Assembly: GCA_040386535.1 (NCBI GenBank)
Contig: JAZKFH010000078.1
Coordinates: 1-29,963 of the forward strand
Source of the DNA: Myxococcota bacterium
GTDB taxonomy: Bacteria; Myxococcota_A; UBA796; SXON01
Direction: 5' to 3'
DNA: 29,963 nucleotides
The position numbers and the translations under genes were made by a program. The notes under the pieces were generated by a model that was not told where the DNA came from, did not search any database, and saw only the letters and a list, made by a program, of their open reading frames with translations. Numbering within the stretch: position 1 is the first letter of the stretch; each line of letters opens with the position of its first letter. Positions 28,115-29,963 of the stretch are shown in pieces.

Positions 28115-29479
28115 GTGTTCGCGACCCTGATGTTCCTCGCGGCCTGCGGGGCCATGTTCGAGACCGGCCTCGAGACCGGCGCGGCGGCGCCTCGGGGCGT
28201 CATCCTGGTGAGCGTCGACACGCTGCGCGCGGACCGCCTCGGCGCCTATGGGAGCACGCGCGGGCTCACGCCGAACCTCGATCGGTTCGCGACGGAGAGC
28301 GTCGTCTTCGGGGAGGTGTACGCACAGGCGAACGAGACGCTCCCGAGCCACGCGTCGTTGTACACGTCGCGGTACCCGAGCGAGCTGGGCGTGCTGGACG
28401 GGCGGTTCGTGCCGCGAGGCGATGCGCCCACCTTGGCAGCGGTGTTTCACGCGGCGGGATGGCAGACGGCGGGGTTCGTGGCGGGGGGGCACCTCGCGCG
28501 GGGGTTCGGGCTCTCGGCGGGCTTCGGGACGTACGACGACACGGCCTCGTGGGGCTCCCTGCGCGACACCACGCCGCGGGCGCTGCGGTGGCTCGACACG
28601 AACGCGGTCGGCGCGCCGTTCCTGCTGCTGGTGCACGGCTACGACATGCACGACCGCTACCTCAAGCCGCCCCCGTTCGGCTACGCGCTCGCCGACGCGG
28701 CGGACTCGGGGCTCGGCGCGGAGGCCGGTCGGGTGGCCGGCGGGAGCACCCGCGTCGTGGGGGGCCACCTCGCGAGCAGCCTCGGGGCGATCGAGGGGCT
28801 GGCGCTCACGCGACCGCGCTTCGAGCGGGGGGATGGCATCGAGGCGGTCGACCCGGAGGCGCGGGCGTTGGCGGCGGCGGACATCGCGCACCTCGCGGCG
28901 CTGTACGACGGTGCCGCGGCGTGGATGGACGCGTGTTTCGGCCTGTTCATGGCCGGGCTGGAGACGCGCGGGTTGCTCGACGACGTCCTGATCATCGTAC
29001 TCTCCGACCACGGCGAGGAGCTCGGGGAGCACGGCGCCTTCGAGCACCGCGCGAGCCTCACAGACGAGACGCTGCACGTGCCCCTGATGGTACGGCTGCC
29101 GGGTGGCGCGCACGGGGGGCGTCGCGTCGACGGGCTCGTGGGGCTGCTCGACGTGGCGCCGACCGCGCTCGCGCTCGCGGGGGTGCCCGTGCCCGTCGGG
29201 GCGCGCGGGACCTCGCTCGTGGGGGCGCTGCTCGACGGGGAGGCGGTCGCCCCGCGGGCGGCCGTATTCAGCGAGGGGGCGTTCCGGCTGCTCTCCGCGC
29301 GCGGCGTGGGGGCGCGGCTGACCGCGGAGGGCCTGAGCGCCGGCAATCCCATCGGGCCGGCGCTCCTCGAGGTGGCGCCGCTGGACGGGGTGTCGTTGCG
29401 CCTCGTCGGCGATCCGACCGAGGGCGAGGCGCTGCGGACCGCGCTCGTGGGGTGGCGGCGCGGGATGGCGGCGCCATGA
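28115..29479 (+). CDS. Sulfatase-like hydrolase/transferase (alkaline phosphatase superfamily)
   Basis: LVSVDTLRAD, TPNLD, TLPSHASLYTSRYP, SDHGE, LHVPL; GTG start (alternative ATG at 28130). Confidence 0.88.
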   Translation: MFATLMFLAACGAMFETGLETGAAAPRGVILVSVDTLRADRLGAYGSTRGLTPNLDRFATESVVFGEVYAQANETLPSHASLYTSRYPSELGVLDGRFVPRGDAPTLAAVFHAAGWQTAGFVAGGHLARGFGLSAGFGTYDDTASWGSLRDTTPRALRWLDTNAVGAPFLLLVHGYDMHDRYLKPPPFGYALADAADSGLGAEAGRVAGGSTRVVGGHLASSLGAIEGLALTRPRFERGDGIEAVDPEARALAAADIAHLAALYDGAAAWMDACFGLFMAGLETRGLLDDVLIIVLSDHGEELGEHGAFEHRASLTDETLHVPLMVRLPGGAHGGRRVDGLVGLLDVAPTALALAGVPVPVGARGTSLVGALLDGEAVAPRAAVFSEGAFRLLSARGVGARLTAEGLSAGNPIGPALLEVAPLDGVSLRLVGDPTEGEALRTALVGWRRGMAAP

Positions 29480-29963
29480 CGCTGCTCCTGCTGCTGGCAT
29501 GTGGTCGCGAGGCGGCTCCGTGGACGCCGTCCTGGACACCAGAAGGCGCGCTCGCGCCGCACCTCGCGCGGCTGGACACCGACGGCGACGGCCGGGTGAC
29601 CGAGGCCGAGTACACGCGCACGCGTCGTGAGGGCCCTCCGTTCGCGACTGCCGATCGCAGCGGCGACGGCGCGCTCGCGGCGGACGAGCTGGTGTGGCTG
29701 GTGCGCGCGCAGAGCCCGACCACGTTCGACGGGGACGCGGCGCCCCTGCCGGCGGGCCTCGATCCGGCCGACCGCCGCGCGCGGACCGGCGGCGCGCGAG
29801 ACGTGTGGGAGCTCCTCACGTGGATGGGCGATTCGCTCCGTGCGGCCGGCGCGCCGGGCCCCGATCCGGCGGCGGTCGAGGCGGCGGTGAACAGCGCATC
29901 GTTGGACAGCGCCGAGACGCGCGCCGTGCTCGCGGCGATGCGGCCGGGGTGGGAGGGGTTGGG
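29476..29963 (+). CDS. EF-hand-containing lipoprotein, truncated by window end
   Basis: Own translation from the ATGA overlap: MTLLLLLACG...LDTDGDGRVTEAE...ADRSGDGALAADE; no stop within the window. Confidence 0.8.
   Translation, partial: MTLLLLLACGREAAPWTPSWTPEGALAPHLARLDTDGDGRVTEAEYTRTRREGPPFATADRSGDGALAADELVWLVRAQSPTTFDGDAAPLPAGLDPADRRARTGGARDVWELLTWMGDSLRAAGAPGPDPAAVEAAVNSASLDSAETRAVLAAMRPGWEGL

Overview
Very GC-rich bacterial chromosome segment with about 29 CDS and no rRNA, tRNA, CRISPR-cas, integrase or transposase. The gene content (MopE-repeat/C-type lectin protein, two CotH kinases, EF-hand and sulfatase lipoproteins, DUF1266/zinc-ribbon proteins) suggests a Myxococcota-like organism; this is inference. 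Recognisable genes: ABC-F plus APH-family phosphotransferase, AlkD-like repair protein, SDR, LysR, DASS transporter, USP, hemerythrin, DUF748, DUF4258-like/MqsA-like TA pair, DoxX, VanX/DdpX, UPF0016 Mn exporter with yybP-ykoY riboswitch, MsrB and a J-domain protein. The most notable signals are: (1) hairpin-forming intergenic repeat arrays with 50-, 62- and 63-bp periods that share motifs, one attached to an inverted-repeat-bounded REPIN-like element; (2) seven ultra-short lipoprotein-like signal peptides with Cys at residues 7-11; (3) a TA dinucleotide at -12/-11 of seven starts, suggesting leaderless transcription; (4) a 5-codon uORF and hairpin in front of the ABC-F/phosphotransferase operon; (5) a metal-ligand-free Cu/Zn-SOD-fold lipoprotein; (6) a frameshifted gene with an internal 33-bp repeat. 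All family calls come from motif recognition by eye; no searches were run.
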